From positions 128,001 to 192,000 of the forward strand of contig CAXXFV010000015.1 in assembly GCA_963674595.2 (NCBI GenBank): DNA of 64,000 nt, in the 5' to 3' direction. The notes beneath the pieces are model-generated. The model was not told the DNA's origin. It saw nothing but the letters and a program-made list of their open reading frames with translations, and did no database searches. A program made the position numbers and the translations under genes. This stretch comes from a bacterium (GTDB lineage Bacteria; Zhuqueibacterota; Zhuqueibacteria; Residuimicrobiales; Krinioviventaceae). Shown piece after piece: positions 21,078 to 29,876 of the stretch (the stretch's first letter is position 1; each line of letters starts with the position of its first letter).

Positions 21078-21718
21078 TCAGAGGTGTGCTTTTTGATTTT
21101 GATGGCGTGTTGGCAGAAACTTTGCCGTTTCATTTAAAGGCGTGGAAAGTTGTTTTTAATGAGTTAAACATTCAACCTGATGAATTGTCTATTTTATTGA
21201 ATGAGGGGCAGCCTGCCTGGAAAATTGCACAGGCAATGGCAAAAAAATACAGTTTGGATTTGGATGAAAACAAGGCTAAACATTACGCTCATCTCAAAAA
21301 TACTATATTCCGAAAAAATAAAATAAATATATATCCGGAAATTCCTGACATATTAAATTTTTGCAAACAAAAAGACCTGAAAACAGGCCTGGTTACCGGG
21401 GCTGTTTATGAAAATGTTAAAGCTGTGGTCCCTGAAAATCTTTTATCTCTTTTTGATGTTAAAATTTGTGAGGGAGATTGTTTATCCGGCAAACCGTCAC
21501 CTGATCCCTACATTTCCGGAGCAGGAAAGCTTGATTTGTTTCCCCGTGATTGTCTTGTTGTGGAAAATGCACCACTCGGCATTCAATCGGCAAAAAGCGC
21601 CGGATGTTTTTGTATCGCCATAATGACGACCCTTCATCGGGAACATTTGGCCGGTGCCGACGTTATATTAGAGGACCATAAATCACTTTTCCACTATCTT
21701 GACAATTTAGTAAAATGA
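21074..21718 (+). CDS. HAD-family phosphatase (beta-PGM/CbbY-like)
   Basis: FDFDGVL, VTG, GKPSPDPY, VENAPLGIQSA. Confidence 0.88.
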   Translation: MIRGVLFDFDGVLAETLPFHLKAWKVVFNELNIQPDELSILLNEGQPAWKIAQAMAKKYSLDLDENKAKHYAHLKNTIFRKNKINIYPEIPDILNFCKQKDLKTGLVTGAVYENVKAVVPENLLSLFDVKICEGDCLSGKPSPDPYISGAGKLDLFPRDCLVVENAPLGIQSAKSAGCFCIAIMTTLHREHLAGADVILEDHKSLFHYLDNLVK

Positions 21719-21734
21719 AATACTTAAAAAGTTC

Positions 21735-21763
21735 TTGATATTTGCAGCATTGTTTGATAAATT
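21735..21763 (+). promoter_or_regulatory. Putative sigma70 promoter
   Basis: TTGATA, 17 nt spacer, TAAATT, with an extended -10 TG. Confidence 0.45.
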
Positions 21764-21919
21764 CAATTTTTATAATACGAGGAGGTGCGCTTCGTTTTAT
21801 TTGATACAATTATTTAAATTATTTTGATTTTAAACAGGTTTTAATTGTTAATGTTATAATGTACGATTGATATGATTTTTTTAGTTGTATCTGCAAACAG
21901 TGCAAGACTTGAATTTTTG

Positions 21920-21956
21920 ACCGGGTTCTGCATAGCTTCAGGCTCGGTTTTTTATT
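21920..21956 (+). terminator. Terminator-like hairpin immediately upstream of the 21972 ORF
   Basis: ACCGGGTTCTG-CATAGCTT-CAGGCTCGGT followed by TTTTTATT. Confidence 0.45.
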
Positions 21957-21971
21957 GAACAGGAAAAGTGT

Positions 21972-23168
21972 ATGCGTAAAATTTTAATGTTATTGTTGGT
22001 CATTTTTTCCATTTCATGTTCAAAACGGGATTTACCCGTTGTGCAGGAAAAGATTTTAAATCCCTCCTTTGAAGTTATTAAAGCCCCGGAAATTCTCAAT
22101 CCTAATAATACTTATAATATTTCAATTCGGGTTAAAGATAATGAAGGCATCGATTCTTTGAGCCTTGTTATATCAGACAAAGTTAACCAGGAAACCATAT
22201 TGAGTGCCACATTGTACGACGATGGTGCTGCTGTTTACCCGAATGATGGTGATGTCATAGCGTTTGACGGTATTTTTTCCCAGAATATTTTGTGGAACCC
22301 GTCTGATGAATCCCGTCAAAATTTTGTTTTTTCAATTAATGTTATTTCCAGTGAAGCGATTGATGTTGAACCATTGGAACTGGAAATCCTTTCTCTTGGA
22401 AATATTGCTCCGCAAATATCAAATATCCAGTTTCCTGATGTCCTGGAAAACGGCTTTGAGTTGCTTGATATTGCAGCTACTGTGACTGATTCCAATGGTG
22501 TTGACGATATTAAGAGAGTTGAATACGTTGGTAAAAGAGGCGGAATTGCTCATTTTGAAGGTGTGATTGAATCTGTTACTGAAACAAACAGTGAGCAGAA
22601 CAGAGTTGTATTTAAAAAATCCATAGGCAGTACATTTAGTATCGGTCTTGTGGGTGAATATGAACTGGAGTTTGTTGGCGTTGACCAATCCGGTTTAAAG
22701 AGTGCGCCCATATCCAAAACAGTAAATATTGAAAACAGCGCCCCTGTTTTATCCAATGTTTTAACACCGGTACAGGTGGAACGACCGGTTGAGGGGGGTG
22801 TCAAGTTTTTAATTACTGTTGATGTTGCAGATAAACAATCTATTGGTGATATAAAACATGTCAGACTCAAATGGCGCAAACCGGATGGTACCTTTTCTGC
22901 AAACAGTCCGTTTGATTTATACGATAACGGGTTGCCTTTCAACGATGACCTGACAGGCTGGAATGAGGGTTATCGCGGTGACCTTGAGGCAAATGATGGT
23001 GTTTATTCAATTACCGGTATTTTTGATTACCAGAATGATTTGGGGAATTATTTTCTGACCTTTTATGCTGAAGATTTTGCCGGAAATGAAAGTGACCAGA
23101 TTGTCAAGGTAATAACGCTTACCCAAGCAGAGAGTGGATCGGTTGTAAAAGTTAAAAGTCCTTATTAG
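21972..23168 (+). CDS. Hypothetical lipoprotein with Ig-like repeats and two LYD.G...GD..A.DG.(F/Y)S (choice-of-anchor X-like) motifs
   Basis: Lipobox SISC; LYDDGAAVYPNDGDVIAFDGIFS and LYDNG...GDLEANDGVYS. Confidence 0.65.
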   Translation: MRKILMLLLVIFSISCSKRDLPVVQEKILNPSFEVIKAPEILNPNNTYNISIRVKDNEGIDSLSLVISDKVNQETILSATLYDDGAAVYPNDGDVIAFDGIFSQNILWNPSDESRQNFVFSINVISSEAIDVEPLELEILSLGNIAPQISNIQFPDVLENGFELLDIAATVTDSNGVDDIKRVEYVGKRGGIAHFEGVIESVTETNSEQNRVVFKKSIGSTFSIGLVGEYELEFVGVDQSGLKSAPISKTVNIENSAPVLSNVLTPVQVERPVEGGVKFLITVDVADKQSIGDIKHVRLKWRKPDGTFSANSPFDLYDNGLPFNDDLTGWNEGYRGDLEANDGVYSITGIFDYQNDLGNYFLTFYAEDFAGNESDQIVKVITLTQAESGSVVKVKSPY

Positions 23169-23169
23169 A

Positions 23170-24633
23170 GTGGTGAATATGCTGAATAGAATTTTTTATA
23201 CTTTCGGATGTGTGTTGTTTCTTATTCAATTTTTATTCGGGCAACATATCGAATCATACGAGTTGAACTCACTTCCAGAACCATCTTCCCGGTTGGAAGC
23301 AAACGGCGTTGTTGATATTAAAGGTAATAAAAACACAATATGGTTTGCAACCGGTCACGGTTTGTCCATGACATCTGACAATGGTTCAAGCTTTATTACA
23401 TTTGACGAGTCCTATGGAATCGGCCGGGGAAGTATCAGTGCTTTGGCTGTCAGGGGAGACACCATTATTGTGGCAACAGCGTCTGATACGTTAACATCTG
23501 TTTCTGATGATTATCTGCAAATGGGAACCGGCATAAGTGTTTCCTTAAATGGCGGTAATGACTGGGTCCATTACCCGCAGCCCATCCAACCACCGGTTTT
23601 AAAAACAGCAATTCAAAATGTAACCTGGGACATTGCTTTTTCCGATTCAACAATTTGGATCACCAGTTGGGGCGGTGGTATTATGAAATCAGAAGATTGG
23701 GGAGCAACGTGGGAATTTGCGCTTCCGGATACCTTGTTATTTGATCCGGCAAATCATCTCAATCATTCCGGTTTTTCAACAATTGTCACCGATAATGAAG
23801 TTTGGGTTGGCACAGCCGGAGGCCTTAACAAATCAACTAACAACGGAGATAGCTGGACCCATTTTACACATACAAATCAAATTTCTCCGATTTCCGGAAA
23901 CTGGATTCGGGCTATGGCATATCAGAAAACCGCTGAAAAAGAAATTATTTGGGCGGTTTCTTTAAAAACAACTGATGAAGATGAGTTTGATGCTGTTTCA
24001 AAAAGTGAAAACGGTGGTATTTCCTGGGAAACTGTTTTAGAAGGTGAACGTGGATATAATATAAGTGTTGACGGCGAAACAGTCTATGTCGCTGGTGAAG
24101 GCGGTTTGTTCAAATCTACGGATTATGGCAAAACATGGTATCGTTTTCCTGAAATTCAGGATTCTGAAACAGATGTTGTCATCTTTAGTCCCGAGGCGTA
24201 TTCTGTTTATGCTTATAACGGCACTGTTTGGGTTGGAACCGCAGATGGACTGGCCGTAACCAGTGATAACGGTTATACGTGGCGTGTTTTTCGTGCTTAT
24301 CAGCCTACAGGCAAAGAAGGAAACCCACGGACCTATTCCTATCCAAATCCTTTTTCCTATTCCAGGTATAACCAGAATAATAATGACGGGTACGTCCGTT
24401 TGCAATATAATACCCTTGATGATACATATATTACAATAAAAATATATGATTTTGCTATGGATTTGGTAAAAACAGTTGTTGATGGAAAATTTCGTCCCGG
24501 TCCCGGAGACTATGCTGAAATGTGGGATTGTCGAAATGAATTTCATGATTTGGTAGCCAATGGTGTTTATTTTTATAATGTGCAGATAGACGGCGATGGC
24601 GATTATTGGGGCAAGATTATGGTTATTGAGTAG
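23170..24633 (+). CDS. Secreted Asp-box beta-propeller protein with C-terminal FlgD-Ig/T9SS type-A CTD-like domain
   Basis: Seven S.D.G.(T/S)W-type repeats; C-terminus YPNPF...IKIYD...WD.RN....VANGVYFY...KIMVIE. Confidence 0.75.
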   Translation: MVNMLNRIFYTFGCVLFLIQFLFGQHIESYELNSLPEPSSRLEANGVVDIKGNKNTIWFATGHGLSMTSDNGSSFITFDESYGIGRGSISALAVRGDTIIVATASDTLTSVSDDYLQMGTGISVSLNGGNDWVHYPQPIQPPVLKTAIQNVTWDIAFSDSTIWITSWGGGIMKSEDWGATWEFALPDTLLFDPANHLNHSGFSTIVTDNEVWVGTAGGLNKSTNNGDSWTHFTHTNQISPISGNWIRAMAYQKTAEKEIIWAVSLKTTDEDEFDAVSKSENGGISWETVLEGERGYNISVDGETVYVAGEGGLFKSTDYGKTWYRFPEIQDSETDVVIFSPEAYSVYAYNGTVWVGTADGLAVTSDNGYTWRVFRAYQPTGKEGNPRTYSYPNPFSYSRYNQNNNDGYVRLQYNTLDDTYITIKIYDFAMDLVKTVVDGKFRPGPGDYAEMWDCRNEFHDLVANGVYFYNVQIDGDGDYWGKIMVIE

Positions 24634-24651
24634 CGGTAAGGGCAGGTCATA

Positions 24652-25617
24652 ATGAAGAAAATTTTAATTTTATTTTGTATTACATTTTTTGCAGGCCAAC
24701 TCCTAGCAAAAGACGGTGATGGCGGTTATGCCGGTGCTTTTTTAAGAATGGGCATGGGCGCTCGTGCCAAAGCAATGGGCGATGCATATACGGCTGTTCC
24801 GGAAGGCGCTGTTGCCGGTTTTTATAACCCGGCGCTGTTGCCTCATCTTAAAAATCGGCAGCTATCCTTATCTTTTGCTTTTTTACCGTTGGACCGTAAG
24901 CTGGACTATGTTGGTTATGCTCAATCCCTACAGCCCGGCAAGGATGAGGATGAACAGCCATTTAAAGCCGGTTTTGCCGCTGCATGGGTCCACGCCGGAA
25001 CAGACAACATTGATGGTCGTGATTCTAATGGAAACCATACAACCTATTTTTCAAATTCTGAAAATGCTTTTTACCTTTCCTTTGCCATCAGTCCTTCGTC
25101 AATATTATCATTTGGCGTAAGCGGCAAGGTTTTATATAACCGTTTCCCTAATGTGGAAAATGATGATGGCGCACTGACATCAACAGGCTTTGGAATGGAT
25201 TTTGGCGCTTTTTTAACGCCGATACCAAATGTTATGTGTGGACTGGTCATTAAAGACCACATGTCAAAATATTCATGGAACACGGACAATGTTTGGGACA
25301 GGGGAACCAGTACGGTCAACAATTTTCCCAAAACAACACGGTTTGGTGTTGCCTGCCGTATTCCGCAACAGTGGCTGTTAATTTCTGCAGATGTTGAGAA
25401 TAGTAAAGAGCAAAATCCGTGTTATCATGTTGGTTGTGAGCTAAGTTATTTGGATATTGGCGCTATTCGAATAGGTTTTGATGAAAATTATCCGACATTC
25501 GGAATTGGATTATCCGGTAATATTCTAGGTGTTCGTGCAAATGTTAATTATGCATTCGTCGATACTGGTGATGCACCGGGACAAGATCATATTTTTTCAT
25601 GGACATTTGATTTGTAG
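24652..25617 (+). CDS. PorV/PorQ-family outer-membrane beta-barrel
   Basis: Signal peptide; FLRMGMGARAKAMGDAY...FYNPA; amphipathic strands ending WTFDL. Confidence 0.8.
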   Translation: MKKILILFCITFFAGQLLAKDGDGGYAGAFLRMGMGARAKAMGDAYTAVPEGAVAGFYNPALLPHLKNRQLSLSFAFLPLDRKLDYVGYAQSLQPGKDEDEQPFKAGFAAAWVHAGTDNIDGRDSNGNHTTYFSNSENAFYLSFAISPSSILSFGVSGKVLYNRFPNVENDDGALTSTGFGMDFGAFLTPIPNVMCGLVIKDHMSKYSWNTDNVWDRGTSTVNNFPKTTRFGVACRIPQQWLLISADVENSKEQNPCYHVGCELSYLDIGAIRIGFDENYPTFGIGLSGNILGVRANVNYAFVDTGDAPGQDHIFSWTFDL

Positions 25618-25640
25618 ATTTATATTAAGAGAGTTCAAAA

Positions 25641-26543
25641 ATGCAAAAATTTTTATGTTTAGTTTTATCAGTTTTTACCATGTATATTCCGGCTTTTGCC
25701 GGTGCAGGCAGCACCGGATTTGCATTTTTAAAAACCGGTGCCGGTGCAAGAGCCTCAGCGCTGGGTAGTGCTTATTCTGCCGTTTCTGATGATGTTACCG
25801 GAATTTATTGGAATCCTGCCGGAACAGCTTCTGTTAACACCCGTCAGGTTCATCTCAGTCATCACAAATGGATAGAAGGTGTTAATAGCCAGGTTGCTGC
25901 TTTTATTTTGCCTACATCAAAAGGAAGTATCGGACTGGGATTAATGCTGAATAATGTTAATGGTTTTGAAAGAAGGACCATTGCCAGCACAAAACCTTTG
26001 GGTGAATTTTCAGCGCATGATTTTGTATTTTTGGTCTCTTATGCCAGGAATATGAGTGAACGATTTTCCGTTGGAATGAATATAAAATATTTACATGAGA
26101 AAATTTATGTTGAAACGGCAAGCGGCCTTGTTGTTGATATTGGGACAAAATTCCTTTTGTTAAAATCAGGTTTATATCTTTCTGCTGTTATACAAAATTT
26201 AGGCAGCACCTCTGAATTATATAATGAAAAGATTGAATTGCCAAAAACAATTCGTGTGGGCTCCTGCTACGATCTTCCCTTTGATTTTTTAAATGGTACC
26301 TGGCTTTTTACTGCTGATTACGTTCAATATTTAAAAGATACCGGCTATTATCATTTTGGTGGTGAATATGCTACCTATAACTTTTTGGCCTTACGCCTGG
26401 GATATCAGGCCGGATATGATGTAAAAGGCGCGACCTTTGGTTTTGGATTGTTTTTGAAAAATTTCAATCTCGATTATGCCTATGTACCTTTTGACGATGA
26501 CCTTGGAAATTCCCAAAGATTTTCATTAACCGCTAATTTTTAA
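25641..26543 (+). CDS. PorV/PorQ-family outer-membrane beta-barrel
   Basis: FLKTGAGARASALGSAY...YWNPAG; DYAYVPF.DLG.SQRFSL; terminal Phe. Confidence 0.85.
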   Translation: MQKFLCLVLSVFTMYIPAFAGAGSTGFAFLKTGAGARASALGSAYSAVSDDVTGIYWNPAGTASVNTRQVHLSHHKWIEGVNSQVAAFILPTSKGSIGLGLMLNNVNGFERRTIASTKPLGEFSAHDFVFLVSYARNMSERFSVGMNIKYLHEKIYVETASGLVVDIGTKFLLLKSGLYLSAVIQNLGSTSELYNEKIELPKTIRVGSCYDLPFDFLNGTWLFTADYVQYLKDTGYYHFGGEYATYNFLALRLGYQAGYDVKGATFGFGLFLKNFNLDYAYVPFDDDLGNSQRFSLTANF

Positions 26544-26572
26544 AAATTAGTACTTTTAACCGGAGAACCATT

Positions 26573-27700
26573 ATGGCTAACAGATACAAGATTGCCTGGT
26601 TGCCTGGAGACGGTATTGGTAACGATGTAATGGACGCAGCCCGGATTGTTTTGAAAAAATTACAACTTGACGCCGAATATATACATGGTGATATTGGCTG
26701 GGAATTTTGGCGTCAGGAGGGAAATCCTCTTCCTGATAGAACAATTGATTTACTAAAATCAACTGACTGTTGTTTGTTTGGTGCAATCACCTCAAAACCA
26801 AAAGAAGAAGCTGAACAGGAACTTGCGCCCGGTTTGCGGGGAAAAGGTTTGGTTTATTCCAGTCCTATTGTACGGTTACGGCAGGAATTTAATTTAAGAA
26901 CAAATCTGAGGCCTTGTAAAGCCTACGCCGGAAATCCGTTAAATTTTAAAGATGATATTGATATTGTTGTTTTTCGTGAAAATACGGAAGACCTTTATAG
27001 TGGTGTGGAATTTCATCCCATGCCGGAAAAGGTTATGGATGTGCTTGTCTCTAACCACCCCAAAATGAAACGGTTCGCCAATGTGCCTTTGGATGATATT
27101 GCCGTTTCCCTGCGTATTATTACCAGACAGGCTGCACAAAATATCATTCGTGATGCTTTTAAATATGCTCAACAGTTTGGTTATAAAACGGTTACTATTG
27201 TTGAAAAACCAAATGTCATTCGTGAAACCAGTGGATTAATGGTCCGTGAAGCAAGAAAAATTGCCAAAGAGTTTCCCGGTATTGATTTATGGGAAACCAA
27301 TATTGACGCTATGTGTATGTGGCTGGTTAAAAATCCGAATGATTATGGTGTTATTGTTACCAGCAACATGTTTGGTGATATAGTATCCGACCTGTGTGCC
27401 CAGCTTGTAGGTGGTCTCGGCTTTGCTGCCAGTGGGAATATTGGTGATAACTATGCTGTTTTTGAACCCACACATGGCTCGGCGCCAAAATATGCGGGCC
27501 AGTATAAAGTTAATCCCATGGCTATGCTTATAACAACACGTTTGATGCTGGATTATTTGGGCGAAACCAATCGTGCGGATATGCTGGATAATGCCATTGC
27601 TCAGGTGTTGCAACAAGGTAACGTTCGAACATATGACATGGGCGGTTCAGCCGGCACCCTGGATATTGCAAACGCTGTTGCAGATAAAATAGATATTTAA
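26573..27700 (+). CDS. Isocitrate/isopropylmalate/homoisocitrate dehydrogenase family enzyme
   Basis: [47 protein letters not shown]. Confidence 0.9.
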   Translation: MANRYKIAWLPGDGIGNDVMDAARIVLKKLQLDAEYIHGDIGWEFWRQEGNPLPDRTIDLLKSTDCCLFGAITSKPKEEAEQELAPGLRGKGLVYSSPIVRLRQEFNLRTNLRPCKAYAGNPLNFKDDIDIVVFRENTEDLYSGVEFHPMPEKVMDVLVSNHPKMKRFANVPLDDIAVSLRIITRQAAQNIIRDAFKYAQQFGYKTVTIVEKPNVIRETSGLMVREARKIAKEFPGIDLWETNIDAMCMWLVKNPNDYGVIVTSNMFGDIVSDLCAQLVGGLGFAASGNIGDNYAVFEPTHGSAPKYAGQYKVNPMAMLITTRLMLDYLGETNRADMLDNAIAQVLQQGNVRTYDMGGSAGTLDIANAVADKIDI

Positions 27701-27709
27701 GGAGATACC

Positions 27710-29857
27710 TTGAAAAAAATCAATTTTGTGATGGGGATACATAACCATCAGCCTGTCGGAAATTTTGATTTTGTATTTGAGGATGCTTATCAAAAATCAT
27801 ATTTGCCGTTTTTAGAAATTTTGGAAAAACATCCGAAAATTAAAATGGCCCAGCATTATACCGGTATTCTTTTTCAATGGATTGAAAATAATCATCCCGA
27901 ATTTTTTCCGCGTTTGCGTAAAATGGTCCAAAACGGCCAGATTGAAATGATGACGGGCGGTTTTTATGAACCCATCCTGCCGATCATTCCTGAGCAGGAT
28001 AGAATTGAACAGATACAAAAGCTTTCCAAATTTGTTAAAAAACAGACAGGTTATAACCCGATCGGAATGTGGCTGGCAGAGCGCGTTTGGGAACCGGATT
28101 TGCCTGGTTCTCTTTATAAAGCAGGTATAAAATATACAGTGCTTGACGATTCGCATTTTAAATATTCCGGCTTGCAGGACCCGGACTTGTACGGATATTA
28201 TGTTACCGAACATAATGGTTCTCCTTTAAACCTTTTCCCGATATGTGAAAAATTAAGATATACAATGCCGTTTCAACCTCCGGAAGAGACCCTGGAATTT
28301 TTACGCTCTATTGCCGCAACAGACGGACAGAATTTGGTGGTCTTTGCTGACGATGGTGAAAAATTTGGTGTTTGGCCGGAAACGTTTGAACATTGTTATG
28401 AAAACGGCTGGCTGAATGATTTTTTTACATTAATTGAAGATAATCTGGACTGGATCAATTTAATCACATTTGAACAGGCACTAGAGCAAATAAACCCCTT
28501 TGGTAAAGTCTATTTGCAAACAGCTTCCTACAGGGAGATGATGGAATGGGCCTTGCCTTCTCATGTGATTCATGATTATGAAGATTTTGAAAAATGGCTT
28601 GAAGAGAAGGCTCAATCCTTTAATTACAAACATTTTGTCCGGGGCGGATTTTGGCGGAATTTTTTAGCCAAATATCCGGAATCCAACAATCTTCATAAAC
28701 GTATGTTGTGGCAGAAAATGCGTTTTGATGCGGAGCTGTCAGACTCTAAAAGCCGCAAGGCGGGAAAAATTAAAGATCACATTTTTGCCGGGCAATGCAA
28801 CTGTGCTTACTGGCATGGTGTTTTCGGAGGTCTTTATCTGCCTCATTTACGGTCTGCTATTTACGAAAATTTAATTCAGGCTGATAATGACAATGATGCA
28901 CTGGTAAAAACGTCTGAAGAGAAAAAGCAGGGCTGGGTTAAAGTTCAATCCATGGATTTCGATGTTGACGGCAATGATGAAGTTATTGTCAGTACCGATC
29001 GTATGAACTTGTTTTTTAAACCAAATGCCGGAGCAAGTTTGTTTGAGCTGGACGTAAAAGCTAAAAATTTTAACCTGATTGATACAATGACGCGACGGGA
29101 AGAGGGGTATCATCGTAAATTATTTCAAATAATGGAAAAGTCTGCAAAGCAGGATGTAAGCAGCATACATGATATTGTTAAAGTAAAAGAAGAGGGTCTG
29201 GACAAATATCTCAATTATGACTGGTACCGACGATCTTCACTTTTGGACCATTTTTTACACCCGCAAACAACTCTGGAAAGGTTTTCCGGAGCCCATTATG
29301 GTGAACAGGGTGATTTTGTTAACCAGCCTTACTCATTTCGTGACACTGTCAAAAAAAATGTACACTATCTTAATTTTCAAAGAGATGGGCATGTTTGGTG
29401 TGGTGATGATTTTGTACCTGTCTCTTTAAGTAAAGATATTATTATCAGTCCCTTAAGCGATGAATTGGAGATAAATTATATAATTCAAAACTCTGGAAAC
29501 ATAGATATTGAATTATGGTTCGGTACTGAATTTGCATACTCATTACTGGCTGGTAATGCACCGGACCGATTTTACCAAATTGATAACATGTGTTTACAGG
29601 AACGAAATTTAGCCAGTCTCGGCAGTATTCCAAATATAAATAATATAAATTTGTTGGATGAATGGCTGGGTCTGCACATTCGTCTTGAATTTGATCAGGA
29701 GACAACTGTATGGCGGTTTCCAATTGAAACTATATCCATGTCTGAAGCAGGATTTGAAAGAATTTACCAATGTTCTGTTGTTTTCCCAAATTGGAAATTC
29801 AAGCTTGATGCCGGTAAAAGTTGGAAAACATCCATAAAGCATAAAATAATACTTTGA
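27710..29857 (+). CDS. GH57 4-alpha-glucanotransferase/alpha-amylase with DUF1925/DUF1926 domains
   Basis: HNHQPVGN, GGFYEPIL, WLAERVW (nucleophile Glu), ADDGEKFG (acid/base Asp), QCNCAYWHGVFGG. Confidence 0.92.
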   Translation: MKKINFVMGIHNHQPVGNFDFVFEDAYQKSYLPFLEILEKHPKIKMAQHYTGILFQWIENNHPEFFPRLRKMVQNGQIEMMTGGFYEPILPIIPEQDRIEQIQKLSKFVKKQTGYNPIGMWLAERVWEPDLPGSLYKAGIKYTVLDDSHFKYSGLQDPDLYGYYVTEHNGSPLNLFPICEKLRYTMPFQPPEETLEFLRSIAATDGQNLVVFADDGEKFGVWPETFEHCYENGWLNDFFTLIEDNLDWINLITFEQALEQINPFGKVYLQTASYREMMEWALPSHVIHDYEDFEKWLEEKAQSFNYKHFVRGGFWRNFLAKYPESNNLHKRMLWQKMRFDAELSDSKSRKAGKIKDHIFAGQCNCAYWHGVFGGLYLPHLRSAIYENLIQADNDNDALVKTSEEKKQGWVKVQSMDFDVDGNDEVIVSTDRMNLFFKPNAGASLFELDVKAKNFNLIDTMTRREEGYHRKLFQIMEKSAKQDVSSIHDIVKVKEEGLDKYLNYDWYRRSSLLDHFLHPQTTLERFSGAHYGEQGDFVNQPYSFRDTVKKNVHYLNFQRDGHVWCGDDFVPVSLSKDIIISPLSDELEINYIIQNSGNIDIELWFGTEFAYSLLAGNAPDRFYQIDNMCLQERNLASLGSIPNINNINLLDEWLGLHIRLEFDQETTVWRFPIETISMSEAGFERIYQCSVVFPNWKFKLDAGKSWKTSIKHKIIL

Positions 29858-29876
29858 TAAAAATAGTATTAATCAA

